NCBI GenBank assembly: GCA_036555325.1
Contig: DATBLQ010000038.1
Location: 38,623-102,622, forward strand
DNA from: Aestuariivirgaceae bacterium
GTDB lineage: Bacteria; Pseudomonadota; Alphaproteobacteria; Rhizobiales; Aestuariivirgaceae
Direction: 5' to 3'
Length of the DNA stretch: 64,000 nucleotides
The position numbers and the translations under genes were made by a program. The notes below the pieces were generated by a model that was given only the letters and a program-made list of their open reading frames with translations, was not told the DNA's origin and ran no database searches. Below, piece after piece: positions 27,187 to 35,760 of the stretch (positions are counted from its first letter, which is position 1; each line of letters begins with the position of its first letter).

Positions 27187-28662
27187 ATGTCCACCGACCT
27201 AGAGAAATTCACCAGCACGCCCGGCCGCGACGATCTCATCAAACAGGTGCGTAAGAAGATCGATTCGCTCGGCATCGAATATCTGTACCTGCAATTCATT
27301 TCAGTAACCGGCCGGATCATGGGCAAGGGCATTCCCGCCGAACACTGGGAGAATGTCGCCAACGGTGGATTCCAGCTCGTGTACGGCGCGACCATGAATC
27401 TCTTTCTCAATCGCCACGGAGAGTACATGGGCTATGGCCCGGAAGCGGCGGAACTGGTGGGTATCCCTGAGCCCGAGACCTTTATGCAGCTTCCCTGGGA
27501 CAAGCGCGTGGCTCGCATGTGGTGCACGCTTTTCCGCAACCGCGAGGAGCGTGAAAATCCTGGAGGATATCTTACCGCCGACTGTCGCGGCAATCTTCGC
27601 CGCATTCACGACGAATTCGAACGCACCCACGGGCTTCGCATGCGCCACGGCACGGAGCCGGAAATGATGTGGCTGAGGAAAGGAGACGATGGCAAGGCAA
27701 AGGGCGGCTATTCCAATCCCTACTGCTATCACATAGATCAGTTCGAAAGCCTGAGACCAGTCTACATGCGCGTCATCGAGTATGGGCGCAAGATGGGGCT
27801 GGACATGATCCAAGGAGATCATGAGGATTCACCCGGGCAGCTAGAATTGAATTTCAACTTTGACGATGCGCTGAAGACAGCCGACCGCCTTTCAACCTAC
27901 CGGCAGATCTGCGCGCAAGTGGCACGCGAGTTCAATATCATCGCGTGTTTCATGTGCAAGCCCTTCATGGGAGTTTCGGCGAACGGCTGCCACCATAACA
28001 TCTCGCTGTGGGCGGAAGGGAAGGATGAGTTCAAGCCCCTGGGAAACGATCCCAAGAATCTTCCGGGCCTTGAGCACAACTACATGTATCTGCGCGGAGG
28101 AAAGAATACGTTTCTGCCGGAAGGCAAGGACGTGCAGATGCCGGGGAAGATCGGCCTCTACACCATCGGCGGCATCGTCAAGCATCTCGCTGGATTGACC
28201 GCCATCGGCTGCTCCACGGTGAATTCCTACCGTCGGCTATGGGATACCGGTTTCTGGGCTCCGGTGTTTGCCGACTGGGGATACCAAAATCGGACGACGG
28301 GCTTGCGCTTGTCGGCGCCGGGCAGATTTGAGTATCGCGCGGTCGATTCGATGGTGAATCCGCACCTCATGGCTGCGGGGATCCTGAAAGCGGCGGATGA
28401 CGGCATCAAGAACAAGATCGATCCGGGGAAGCCCGAGGAACGCAACATCTACGTTGCCATGGAAGCAGGCAAGCAAGTGAAGAAGCTGCCCATGACGCTG
28501 GGTGATGCGCTCGAGGCCCTTAAAAAGGACGAGGTCATCAAATCGGCGCTGCCGGGGGAAATGTACCGGCTGTATGATGAATATAAGCGTGATGAATGGG
28601 AACGGTTCCTTCACACCGCGACCGAGTGGGACATCAAGATGTACATGGATTGCTTGCCGTAA
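27187..28662 (+). CDS. Glutamine-synthetase-family protein (gamma-glutamyl-amide synthetase-like)
   Basis: GS catalytic-domain motifs CHHNISLW, NSYRRLWDTGFWAP and NRTTGLRLSAPGRFEYRAVDSMVNPHL. 491 aa. Confidence 0.85.
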   Translation: MSTDLEKFTSTPGRDDLIKQVRKKIDSLGIEYLYLQFISVTGRIMGKGIPAEHWENVANGGFQLVYGATMNLFLNRHGEYMGYGPEAAELVGIPEPETFMQLPWDKRVARMWCTLFRNREERENPGGYLTADCRGNLRRIHDEFERTHGLRMRHGTEPEMMWLRKGDDGKAKGGYSNPYCYHIDQFESLRPVYMRVIEYGRKMGLDMIQGDHEDSPGQLELNFNFDDALKTADRLSTYRQICAQVAREFNIIACFMCKPFMGVSANGCHHNISLWAEGKDEFKPLGNDPKNLPGLEHNYMYLRGGKNTFLPEGKDVQMPGKIGLYTIGGIVKHLAGLTAIGCSTVNSYRRLWDTGFWAPVFADWGYQNRTTGLRLSAPGRFEYRAVDSMVNPHLMAAGILKAADDGIKNKIDPGKPEERNIYVAMEAGKQVKKLPMTLGDALEALKKDEVIKSALPGEMYRLYDEYKRDEWERFLHTATEWDIKMYMDCLP

Positions 28663-28680
28663 GCAAAAAGGAGATACGCA

Positions 28681-29616
28681 ATGTGTGGCATTGCAGGGCT
28701 GATTCACCGCGACGGCATCGGTAACATAGGCGCCGAAATGACCGCGATGCTCCAGTCGCTCAAACATCGAGGTCCCGATTCGACCGGTTATGCGATTTAC
28801 GGAACGCCGGGACGCAACGAGTTCGTGATGCGGTTCAAGGTCGCTGAACAGGAGGACACGAAGAAGGGCTTTGAAATTCACGAAGAGATCAAGCGTCGCC
28901 GGACAACTGTCGAAGATCGGCTGAAGCAGCTTGGGGTGACCGTCATCGATCGAGACGAGGTGACCGAATATGCCTTTCGATATCGCATTCAATACGACGG
29001 CGAGATGAAGAAACTTGCCGATTATGTGGAGGATGTAAAAGGCACGGAAATCTTGTCGATGGGCAACGCGCTGGAGCTCATCAAAGATCTCGGAGATGCG
29101 AAGTTAGTTTCATCGCAATACAAACTTGACGGATTCAAGGGAACGCACGGCATCGGCCATACGCGGATGGCAACCGAATCGGATGTCGACATTCGCTCGG
29201 CCCACCCCTATTGGGCCTACCCCTATAACGACATTGCAGTGGTGCACAACGGCCAGCTGACCAACTACTGGCAGATGAGACGCGAGTTCGAGCGCCGCGG
29301 ACACCGCTTCATGTCGAACTGCGACAGCGAACTTCTGGCTGTCTATACCGCGTATAATCTCGAGCACGGCGCCACGCTGGAGGAGTCGCTCAAACAGTCG
29401 GTGCGGGAGATCGACGGAGTGTTCACATACCTAATCGCCACCAAGGATGCCCTTGGCATGGCAAAGGACGCCATGGCCGCCAAACCGATGGTGCTCTACG
29501 AGAGCGACAACCTCGTTGCGCTTGCTTCCGAAGAAGTGGCCATACGCGCGGTCATCCCGCACGAAATCGAAACCTGGGACCCTTACGATGAAGAGGTTCG
29601 CGTATGGCGGGCGTAA
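28681..29616 (+). CDS. Class-II glutamine amidotransferase (GlxB / MgsA-like)
   Basis: N-terminal nucleophile MCGIAGL plus HTRMATES and an Ntn-type body. Confidence 0.9.
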   Translation: MCGIAGLIHRDGIGNIGAEMTAMLQSLKHRGPDSTGYAIYGTPGRNEFVMRFKVAEQEDTKKGFEIHEEIKRRRTTVEDRLKQLGVTVIDRDEVTEYAFRYRIQYDGEMKKLADYVEDVKGTEILSMGNALELIKDLGDAKLVSSQYKLDGFKGTHGIGHTRMATESDVDIRSAHPYWAYPYNDIAVVHNGQLTNYWQMRREFERRGHRFMSNCDSELLAVYTAYNLEHGATLEESLKQSVREIDGVFTYLIATKDALGMAKDAMAAKPMVLYESDNLVALASEEVAIRAVIPHEIETWDPYDEEVRVWRA

Positions 29617-30461
29617 CACCGGCTTCGAAAGACCATCTCTCGCATGAGATGGGAATGCATACGGAAAGCCTTCGCGGCCGCACTCAGCAGCGCTTTTTCG
29701 ACGTTTCTGAAGAGAATGTCGGCTTCGGCTATCCGGATGCACTCGACGTCGATTTTAACAAGCGCGCCGAGATCGACGCGGAGGCGCTGAATACGCGCCA
29801 GATCAACAACGAGCTCCGCGATCTCATGAAACGGGGTTATGGCACGATCGTGCTAAAGAATCCCGGAGCCAAACATTCGCTGGCCGTCGGCATACTGAAC
29901 CGCCTCAATCTCTATATCGAAGGCAGTTGCGGCTATTTCGCCTGCGGCCTCCTGGATGGCCCGAATGTCCGCATCAAGGGCCGAGTGGGTTGGGCGTGCG
30001 GTGAAAATATGCTGGCTGGGACAATCGTCATCGAGAAGAACGCCGGTTCCCAGTTCGGTGCAGCGCTGCGCGGGGGAGATCTGGTTTGCAAAGGTTCGGT
30101 CGGTTCACGTACCGGCATCGATCAAAAGGGAGGTACGATCATCGTCGGCGGCGATACGGGTTCTTTCTCGGGCTTCATGATGCAGCGCGGCCGCATGGTC
30201 ATCTGCGGGAACGCGGGCAAGAATCTTGGCGACAGCATGTATGACGGGACCATCTACATCGGCGGGGAACCACGAAGCCTGGGAGTGGACGCCGTATGGT
30301 CGGAGATGACCGACCTTGATCGGCAGTGGTTGTCGCGCAAACTGCGTATGTACGAAATGTTGCCCGACCAGGGACTTATGCATTTCCGCAAGATCGTGGC
30401 CGGCAAGCAGCTGTGGAATTATGACAATCTCGAACCAAGCGAAAAGAAACTCGTGCTGTAG
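29604..30461 (+). CDS. GXGXG-motif protein (glutamate synthase alpha C-terminal-domain-like, GlxC / MgsB-like)
   Basis: Repeated beta-helix G-x-G pattern (GSCGYFACGLLDGPNVRIKGRVGWACGENMLAGTIVIEKNAGSQFGAALRGGDLVCKGSVGSRTG). It overlaps the upstream gene by 13 nt. Confidence 0.85.
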   Translation: MAGVTPASKDHLSHEMGMHTESLRGRTQQRFFDVSEENVGFGYPDALDVDFNKRAEIDAEALNTRQINNELRDLMKRGYGTIVLKNPGAKHSLAVGILNRLNLYIEGSCGYFACGLLDGPNVRIKGRVGWACGENMLAGTIVIEKNAGSQFGAALRGGDLVCKGSVGSRTGIDQKGGTIIVGGDTGSFSGFMMQRGRMVICGNAGKNLGDSMYDGTIYIGGEPRSLGVDAVWSEMTDLDRQWLSRKLRMYEMLPDQGLMHFRKIVAGKQLWNYDNLEPSEKKLVL

Positions 30462-30503
30462 CCCAGACCGCTTGCGCAGCGAATGAGCAAAAAGGGGTAA
30501 TCG

Positions 30504-31976
30504 ATGGCAAGAAGACCGGCAAAGAAGGTCGCCAGGAGCAAACGGGCGCGGAAAACGGCCGTCACCACTAAGAAGTCCCGAACGGACAGCCTGCTGTTTG
30601 GCCGCACGGCCGCGGGTCTCGCGGCCCTTTCACGCGCTCCGGCCGAAAGCAAAAAGTATGTCCTCGGCAGCTCACATATCTTCACGCCCGAGGTCATGAA
30701 CGACATCCACATAAAGTCGGAGCTCGGCCGCTACCGCATGCGCGGTTTCTCGCTGTTCAAGAAGATTCCTCACTGGGACGACCTGACTTTTCTTCCCGGC
30801 ACGCTCACGCGGTTCGTTATCGAGGGATACCGCGAGAAATGCGACACGGCCACCATCATCGGTCCGCGGGCGAAACGACCGATGGTGCTCGACATTCCCG
30901 TTTACGTGACGGGCATGAGCTTCGGCGCGCTGTCATATGAGGCGAAGATCGCGCTGGCACGCGGAGCGACAATGGCAGGCTCGGCGACGTGTTCCGGCGA
31001 AGGGGGAATGATTCCAGACGAACGGCGTTATTCGGAGAAGTGGTTCTACCAGTGCATCCAGTCGCGGTATGGATTCAATCCACATCACTTGCGGCTGGCC
31101 GACGCGTGCGAATTCTTCATCGGCCAAGGATGCAAGGTCGGGCTGGGCGGTCATCTGATGGGCCAAAAGGTTACCGATCAAGTGGCTGAAATGCGCTCAT
31201 TGCCCGCAGGGATAGATCAGCGTTCGCCGGCCCGCCATCCGGATTGGCTCGGACCCGATGATCTGGCGCTCAAGATCCAGGAAGTTCGCGAGGCGACAAA
31301 CTGGGAAATTCCGATTCAGCTGAAGCTCGGCGCCGCGCGCGTCTACGACGATGTTCGCATGGCGGTGAAATGCGATCCGGACTCGATTTACATCGATGGA
31401 ATGGAAGGCGGCACCGGCGCTGGTCCACATATTGCCACCGAAGATACCGGAGTGCCCGGAATCGCAGCCATCCGCGAGGCCAGGCGGGCGATCGACGAGC
31501 TGGGCAAGAAAGACCAGATTTCGCTCGTCTATGCCGGCGGAATTCGCAATGGCGGAGATGTCGCCAAGGCGCTGGCACTGGGGGCCGATGCCATTGCCAT
31601 CGGGCATTCGGTGTTGATGGCGCTCAACTGCAACAAGCATCTACCGGGAATAACCGACTATCCGGCTGAGATCGGCGTGGAGGCCGGATACTGCTACCAC
31701 TGCCACACCGGCCGCTGTCCGGTCGGCATAACCACACAGGACCCGGTTCTGCGCCAACGACTCGATCCCGACAAGGGGGCGGAGCGTGTCTATAATTTTC
31801 TCCATACGCTGACCATGGAGGCGCAAATGCTCGCCCGCGCCTGCGGGAAGACGAACATACATTCCCTTGAACCGGAAGATCTTGCGGCCCTTACCATGGA
31901 AGCTTCCGCGATGTGCAAAATTCCCCTCGCCGGCACAAACTACACGGTCGGTGTTGAGGACTATCACAAGTACTGA
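30504..31976 (+). CDS. FMN-binding glutamate-synthase-family protein (GlxD / MgsC-like) with a Lys/Arg-rich N-terminal extension
   Basis: GltS FMN-domain motifs (IGQGCKVGLGGHL, DGMEGGTGAGP, YAGGIRNGGDVAKALALGADAIAIG) and a CxxC cluster YCYHCHTGRCPVGI. AAAGGGG precedes ATG 30504. Confidence 0.9.
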   Translation: MARRPAKKVARSKRARKTAVTTKKSRTDSLLFGRTAAGLAALSRAPAESKKYVLGSSHIFTPEVMNDIHIKSELGRYRMRGFSLFKKIPHWDDLTFLPGTLTRFVIEGYREKCDTATIIGPRAKRPMVLDIPVYVTGMSFGALSYEAKIALARGATMAGSATCSGEGGMIPDERRYSEKWFYQCIQSRYGFNPHHLRLADACEFFIGQGCKVGLGGHLMGQKVTDQVAEMRSLPAGIDQRSPARHPDWLGPDDLALKIQEVREATNWEIPIQLKLGAARVYDDVRMAVKCDPDSIYIDGMEGGTGAGPHIATEDTGVPGIAAIREARRAIDELGKKDQISLVYAGGIRNGGDVAKALALGADAIAIGHSVLMALNCNKHLPGITDYPAEIGVEAGYCYHCHTGRCPVGITTQDPVLRQRLDPDKGAERVYNFLHTLTMEAQMLARACGKTNIHSLEPEDLAALTMEASAMCKIPLAGTNYTVGVEDYHKY

Positions 31977-31991
31977 TCCCAGGAGGACGTC

Positions 31992-32405
31992 ATGGCGGGT
32001 ACGAGTTACAAAGGGTCGGACATCCGAGACGTCGACCAGTTCATCAACGACCGCGCAGGCCTCGGATCAGCGCGCGAAAAGGAGATCGGCCAGCACATCG
32101 GCTATCGATATGACGTCAATCTGCTGCCCGACTATTCTCGCCTCACGCCGTTTCTGTCGGACTATATGGAATTCATGGGCTGGGACGATCTAAACTGGCT
32201 TGAGGACGTCCATATGGGCTACGAGGAGGGCCTGCCCGCCATCTTCGACCGGAATATCAATGGCTGGGTTCGAATCCCGCAGGGCATGAAGCTCCCTGAC
32301 AATCAGCAAGACCGGGATATGCTTGCCCGTGAGCTGCTCATCAAGTTCCAGATGAGTCCAAACCACCCGATGGTGCAACTCAACCGGGCTTACAGAAAAA
32401 TCTGA
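31992..32405 (+). CDS. Hypothetical protein (137 aa), last gene of the GS/Mgs-like operon
   Basis: AGGAGGA lies 5 nt before the ATG, 15 nt after the upstream stop. I recognise no motif. Confidence 0.7.
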   Translation: MAGTSYKGSDIRDVDQFINDRAGLGSAREKEIGQHIGYRYDVNLLPDYSRLTPFLSDYMEFMGWDDLNWLEDVHMGYEEGLPAIFDRNINGWVRIPQGMKLPDNQQDRDMLARELLIKFQMSPNHPMVQLNRAYRKI

Positions 32406-32410
32406 TGTGC

Positions 32411-32752
32411 CTAAGCTTTCTGGCCAGCCGGCCGGAAGCTCTTCATCACCGACTTGGCCTTCTCCATTGCCTTCATAGCGTCTTTGGATGTGACGGCCAT
32501 CGTGGTTTTTAGATCGGTAACTCCGCCCGTCGCCCCCGCGGTGAAGAGCGCCGCCATCGTATCGGTTACCGGCCGGTCTGATTCCAGAATCACCAGGAAA
32601 TCGTATTCGCCGAAGGTAATGTAGTGGCCAATCAGTTTGGCTCCGACGGCATCACAGAGCGCCTTGACGGCCTGTCCCCGATCTTCAGGCTTGTTGAGCA
32701 TTCCCTGAATGGCTTCACGCGTGTAGCGTCCCTGCGAGATATAAATCGCCAT
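32411..32752 (-). CDS. GYD-domain protein
   Basis: MAIYISQGRYT...FGEYDFLVI matches the GYD family signature. GGAGG lies 6 nt before ATG 32752. The track start at 32758 is TTG. Confidence 0.85.
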   Translation of the reverse strand: MAIYISQGRYTREAIQGMLNKPEDRGQAVKALCDAVGAKLIGHYITFGEYDFLVILESDRPVTDTMAALFTAGATGGVTDLKTTMAVTSKDAMKAMEKAKSVMKSFRPAGQKA

Positions 32753-32831
32753 GACCAACCTCCATCCTGCCGCCCGGATGCGCTGATTGTGTACCTCTCG
32801 GTCTTTTCTTGCAAAGAGGCTTCAACAGCGA

Positions 32832-33467
32832 TCAATCTGGACGGCAATCTTCTGGGGGCATGGGGTCGGCGTAAGCATTCTTCCAATCGGGCCTGAAGCC
32901 AAGGATAACCGCATCGTTCGGTACATCGGGGCTGAAGATCCGGTTATGCCAAAGCGTCGCCTGGTGAACCGGCTCTCTTGCGTGAAGCCGCCGGATTCGG
33001 CAGAACATCGTAAAGCGCTGGGAATATTGCTCGAAATCGAGGAGGCATTCCCGAAGCCTCACCATCAATTCGGCAACCTTGGAGCCGGCCCCGAAAAGGG
33101 CGGTCATCTCGTCGCTGAAGGAGTCGGGGTGCTGAAAATATTCCGCACCTAGATATTTCACACCCTCTTCATACGCCCGCCGATGCTCGAAGGTGCGTTC
33201 TAACTGAAACTTGAGATAGGCGGTGCTCTCTTTAGGTTTCTTGGGAACAATCAGCACAGTCATTGCCTGCATCAGTGTATCGCCTGAACGCTCCAGGGCG
33301 CGCGGCCGCATGCCGGGCGTTGGCGCGCCGCCGTGGCTGCGAAGGCTGATCTGCCGAATGCGGCACTGCCAGGCCAGAAAATAGGATCGAAGATTGCTGT
33401 TGGACAGGTTTCGCAAGCTCGAACTCCCGAACGGAATGTTTTGACAAATTGGCCTGCCATTGGCCAA
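32832..33467 (-). CDS. Hypothetical protein (up to 211 aa), start uncertain
   Basis: Long ORF on the same strand as the GYD gene and divergent from the ACAD-like gene. The track start is TTG without an SD, and internal ATGs exist (MRPRA, MQAM, MTVL). I recognise no motif. Confidence 0.5.
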   Translation of the reverse strand: MANGRPICQNIPFGSSSLRNLSNSNLRSYFLAWQCRIRQISLRSHGGAPTPGMRPRALERSGDTLMQAMTVLIVPKKPKESTAYLKFQLERTFEHRRAYEEGVKYLGAEYFQHPDSFSDEMTALFGAGSKVAELMVRLRECLLDFEQYSQRFTMFCRIRRLHAREPVHQATLWHNRIFSPDVPNDAVILGFRPDWKNAYADPMPPEDCRPD

Positions 33468-33526
33468 ATAAGGGTTCTCATTGGTATGCGCAAGCTGCGC
33501 ATCGGGCCTAGCTACAAGGGTGGATC

Positions 33527-34927
33527 ATGTCGCAAAAGAAATGGGGAAAAGAGGATTTTTGGGGCCTGGGCTTCGAGTGGGACCCGCAATGGATCTTGAG
33601 CGATCGACAAAAGAAACTGCAGGAAACCCTCATTTCGTTGTGCGAACAGGAAATGCGGGCCAATGCTGTGGAGAGCGACAAGAAACTACTCTTCCCGCGA
33701 AAGAATTTTCAGCTTTTGGCCAAACACGGATTCCTCGGGCTTCTGGTGCCGAAATCGCTTGGCGGCATGGGGGAAAACCATGTGAGCGCCGCCATGGCGG
33801 TGGAAACCATAGCGCGCTACGGGTGCCCATCGACGGCGATGTGCTACACGATGCATCTCGGAGCCATTGCCGCCGCCTTGTTCCGTCATCATGACTCCAA
33901 GCCCATCCAAGATATCATGCGGCGTATCGACAAAGACTGCCTCGTCGGTACCCTGTCCTATTCCGATCCCGAGACCGGGTCACACTTCTGGTATCCGATA
34001 TCGTCTGGTGCCGAAGAAACGGGCAACGGATGGAAAGTTCGCAAGAAAGCATCCTGGACGACCTCGGGCGGTTTCGCCGACTGGTATATCGTGCAAACCA
34101 CTTCGCCCGGCTTCAACGGCAATTATTCCGATCTGTCGTGCTTCCTGGTGCTGGGCAACGAGGTGAAAGCCGATCCGGCGAGCTGGGATGGACTTGGATT
34201 GCGCGGAAATCAGTCGGGCCCCATCGAAGTGGACACGACACTGCCGAAGGACCGGCTGGTCGGCCCGGTGAGCGATGGCGCGTCGTCGAACGATGAATGC
34301 GTCGATCCGTTCTTTCTTTTGTGTTCCTCAGCCTGCTGGAACGGCATCTCCATGGCGCTCGTCGACATCGCCAAGCGGCATACGACGGGCAAGACACACA
34401 AGGATGTGGGAATGCGCGTCGCGGACTACCCCACCATCCAGGACTATGTCGGAGAAGCGATCATCGACACCAACAGTTGCCGTGCCTTCAATTTCCTGAT
34501 GGCGCAGGCAATGGACAGCGTGACGAACAATTGCGACTGGTCGATCCACCGCGATCTCAAGGCATTGCCGCGTGCCCAGTTTCTTTCGTGGATGTGGCAG
34601 GTTAAATTCGCTGCGGCGAAGAACGTTGCGCATGTCACCGACAAGATGCTGCATGCGTGCGGCGGTACCGGCTACAAACCTCAACCACTCGAGATCGAGC
34701 GGTATCTGCGCGACGGTAAAGCCGGCTGGGTGATGGGACCGACCAACGAGGTGCTTCGCCAGTTCGTTGGAAAGGCGGCACTCCTCGGCTTTGGCACACT
34801 CGATTACTGGAATCAGACCATCAACGAGCGGCTGCTCAACAACGAAGTGAAAAAGATGTCTGCCAAGGAGAGGAGGGCTTTTGCGGAGAAACTTCTGGCG
34901 GAAGCCAAGAGCGAAGCAGCTGCTTGA
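33527..34927 (+). CDS. Acyl-CoA-dehydrogenase-family flavoprotein (466 aa, with a charged C-terminal tail)
   Basis: ACAD-like N-terminal helical domain (FPRKNFQLLAKHGFLGLLVPKSLGGMG) and C-terminal motif CGGTGYKPQPLEIERYLRDGKAGWVMGPTNEVLRQ. Confidence 0.85.
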   Translation: MSQKKWGKEDFWGLGFEWDPQWILSDRQKKLQETLISLCEQEMRANAVESDKKLLFPRKNFQLLAKHGFLGLLVPKSLGGMGENHVSAAMAVETIARYGCPSTAMCYTMHLGAIAAALFRHHDSKPIQDIMRRIDKDCLVGTLSYSDPETGSHFWYPISSGAEETGNGWKVRKKASWTTSGGFADWYIVQTTSPGFNGNYSDLSCFLVLGNEVKADPASWDGLGLRGNQSGPIEVDTTLPKDRLVGPVSDGASSNDECVDPFFLLCSSACWNGISMALVDIAKRHTTGKTHKDVGMRVADYPTIQDYVGEAIIDTNSCRAFNFLMAQAMDSVTNNCDWSIHRDLKALPRAQFLSWMWQVKFAAAKNVAHVTDKMLHACGGTGYKPQPLEIERYLRDGKAGWVMGPTNEVLRQFVGKAALLGFGTLDYWNQTINERLLNNEVKKMSAKERRAFAEKLLAEAKSEAAA

Positions 34928-35038
34928 CTCCAGAATGGCAGGGAAACCCTTTTCATGAGCAAATCTCTAAGGTCAGCCCGGTAATCAAGAAAATTATCAG
35001 TTGTGTTCAGCCCTCCAGGACTCGTGCAATAACTCTGC

Positions 35039-35662
35039 ATGCCCTGGAATCACCACCGCCGAGGCTATCATCATGGCAATCTGCGCGAGGCGCTGACCAA
35101 AGCAGCGCTCGACTTGATCGCAGAAAAAGGGCCCACTGGCTTCAGTTTTGCCGAGGCCGCGCGGGTGGCGGGGGTGAGCCCTGCTGCGCCGTACCGGCAC
35201 TTTCGCGACCGCGAAGCGCTGATGGCGGAGGTCGCCACCCGGGGCTTTGAAAAATTCACGGCAGACCTCAGCCGCGCCTGGAATGAGGGGAGACCTCATC
35301 CCTTTGCCGCTTTCATCGAACTTGGCCGCGCATATCTTGCCTTTGCGCGGGCCGAGCCCGCCTTTTACGCTGCAATGTTCGAAGGAGCATTGCCGCGCGA
35401 CTCCCATCCTGAACTCGAAGAGGCAGGTCAAGGTGCGTTCAACGTGCTGCGGCAGGCGAGCCAAGCACTTTGCGCCCTGGCACCCAACGGCAAACGGCCG
35501 CCCGCGCTGATGGTGAGCCTGCATATCTGGTCGATGGCCCATGGCACGGCGGCGCTCTTTGCGCGCGGTGATGCAAGCCGGCGTCCGATCCCCATGTCGG
35601 CTGAAGATCTGCTCGAAGCGCAGGTCCGTATCTATCTGAGCGGCCTTGGGATTGAGGGCTGA
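35039..35662 (+). CDS. TetR/AcrR-family regulator
   Basis: HGNLREALTKAALDLIAEKGPTGFSFAEAARVAGVSPAAPYRHFRDREALMAEV is a canonical TetR HTH. Confidence 0.9.
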   Translation: MPWNHHRRGYHHGNLREALTKAALDLIAEKGPTGFSFAEAARVAGVSPAAPYRHFRDREALMAEVATRGFEKFTADLSRAWNEGRPHPFAAFIELGRAYLAFARAEPAFYAAMFEGALPRDSHPELEEAGQGAFNVLRQASQALCALAPNGKRPPALMVSLHIWSMAHGTAALFARGDASRRPIPMSAEDLLEAQVRIYLSGLGIEG

Positions 35663-35726
35663 TCAACAATAATTGTAGCGAGGCAATTGACTCCGTCTTG
35701 ACAGGACTGCAAGGCGTCCGCATATA

Positions 35727-35749
35727 TGTTAATGTTAATAACATTCACA
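35727..35749. promoter_or_regulatory. Palindromic operator candidate (TetR-type)
   Basis: Perfect 7-1-7 palindrome AATGTTA-A-TAACATT (35731-35745) inside a 23-bp imperfect dyad TGTTAATGTTAATAACATTCACA. It lies 65 nt after the TetR stop and 12 nt before the DUF2852 start. Confidence 0.5.
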
Positions 35750-35760
35750 TGAGGCGCTTC

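Noticed and set aside
35698-35760. Longer start (35698 or 35749) for the DUF2852 gene
   Set aside because: It would translate through the AT-rich palindromic operator and has no SD. ATG 35761 has GAGG at optimal spacing and gives an N-terminus typical of the family.
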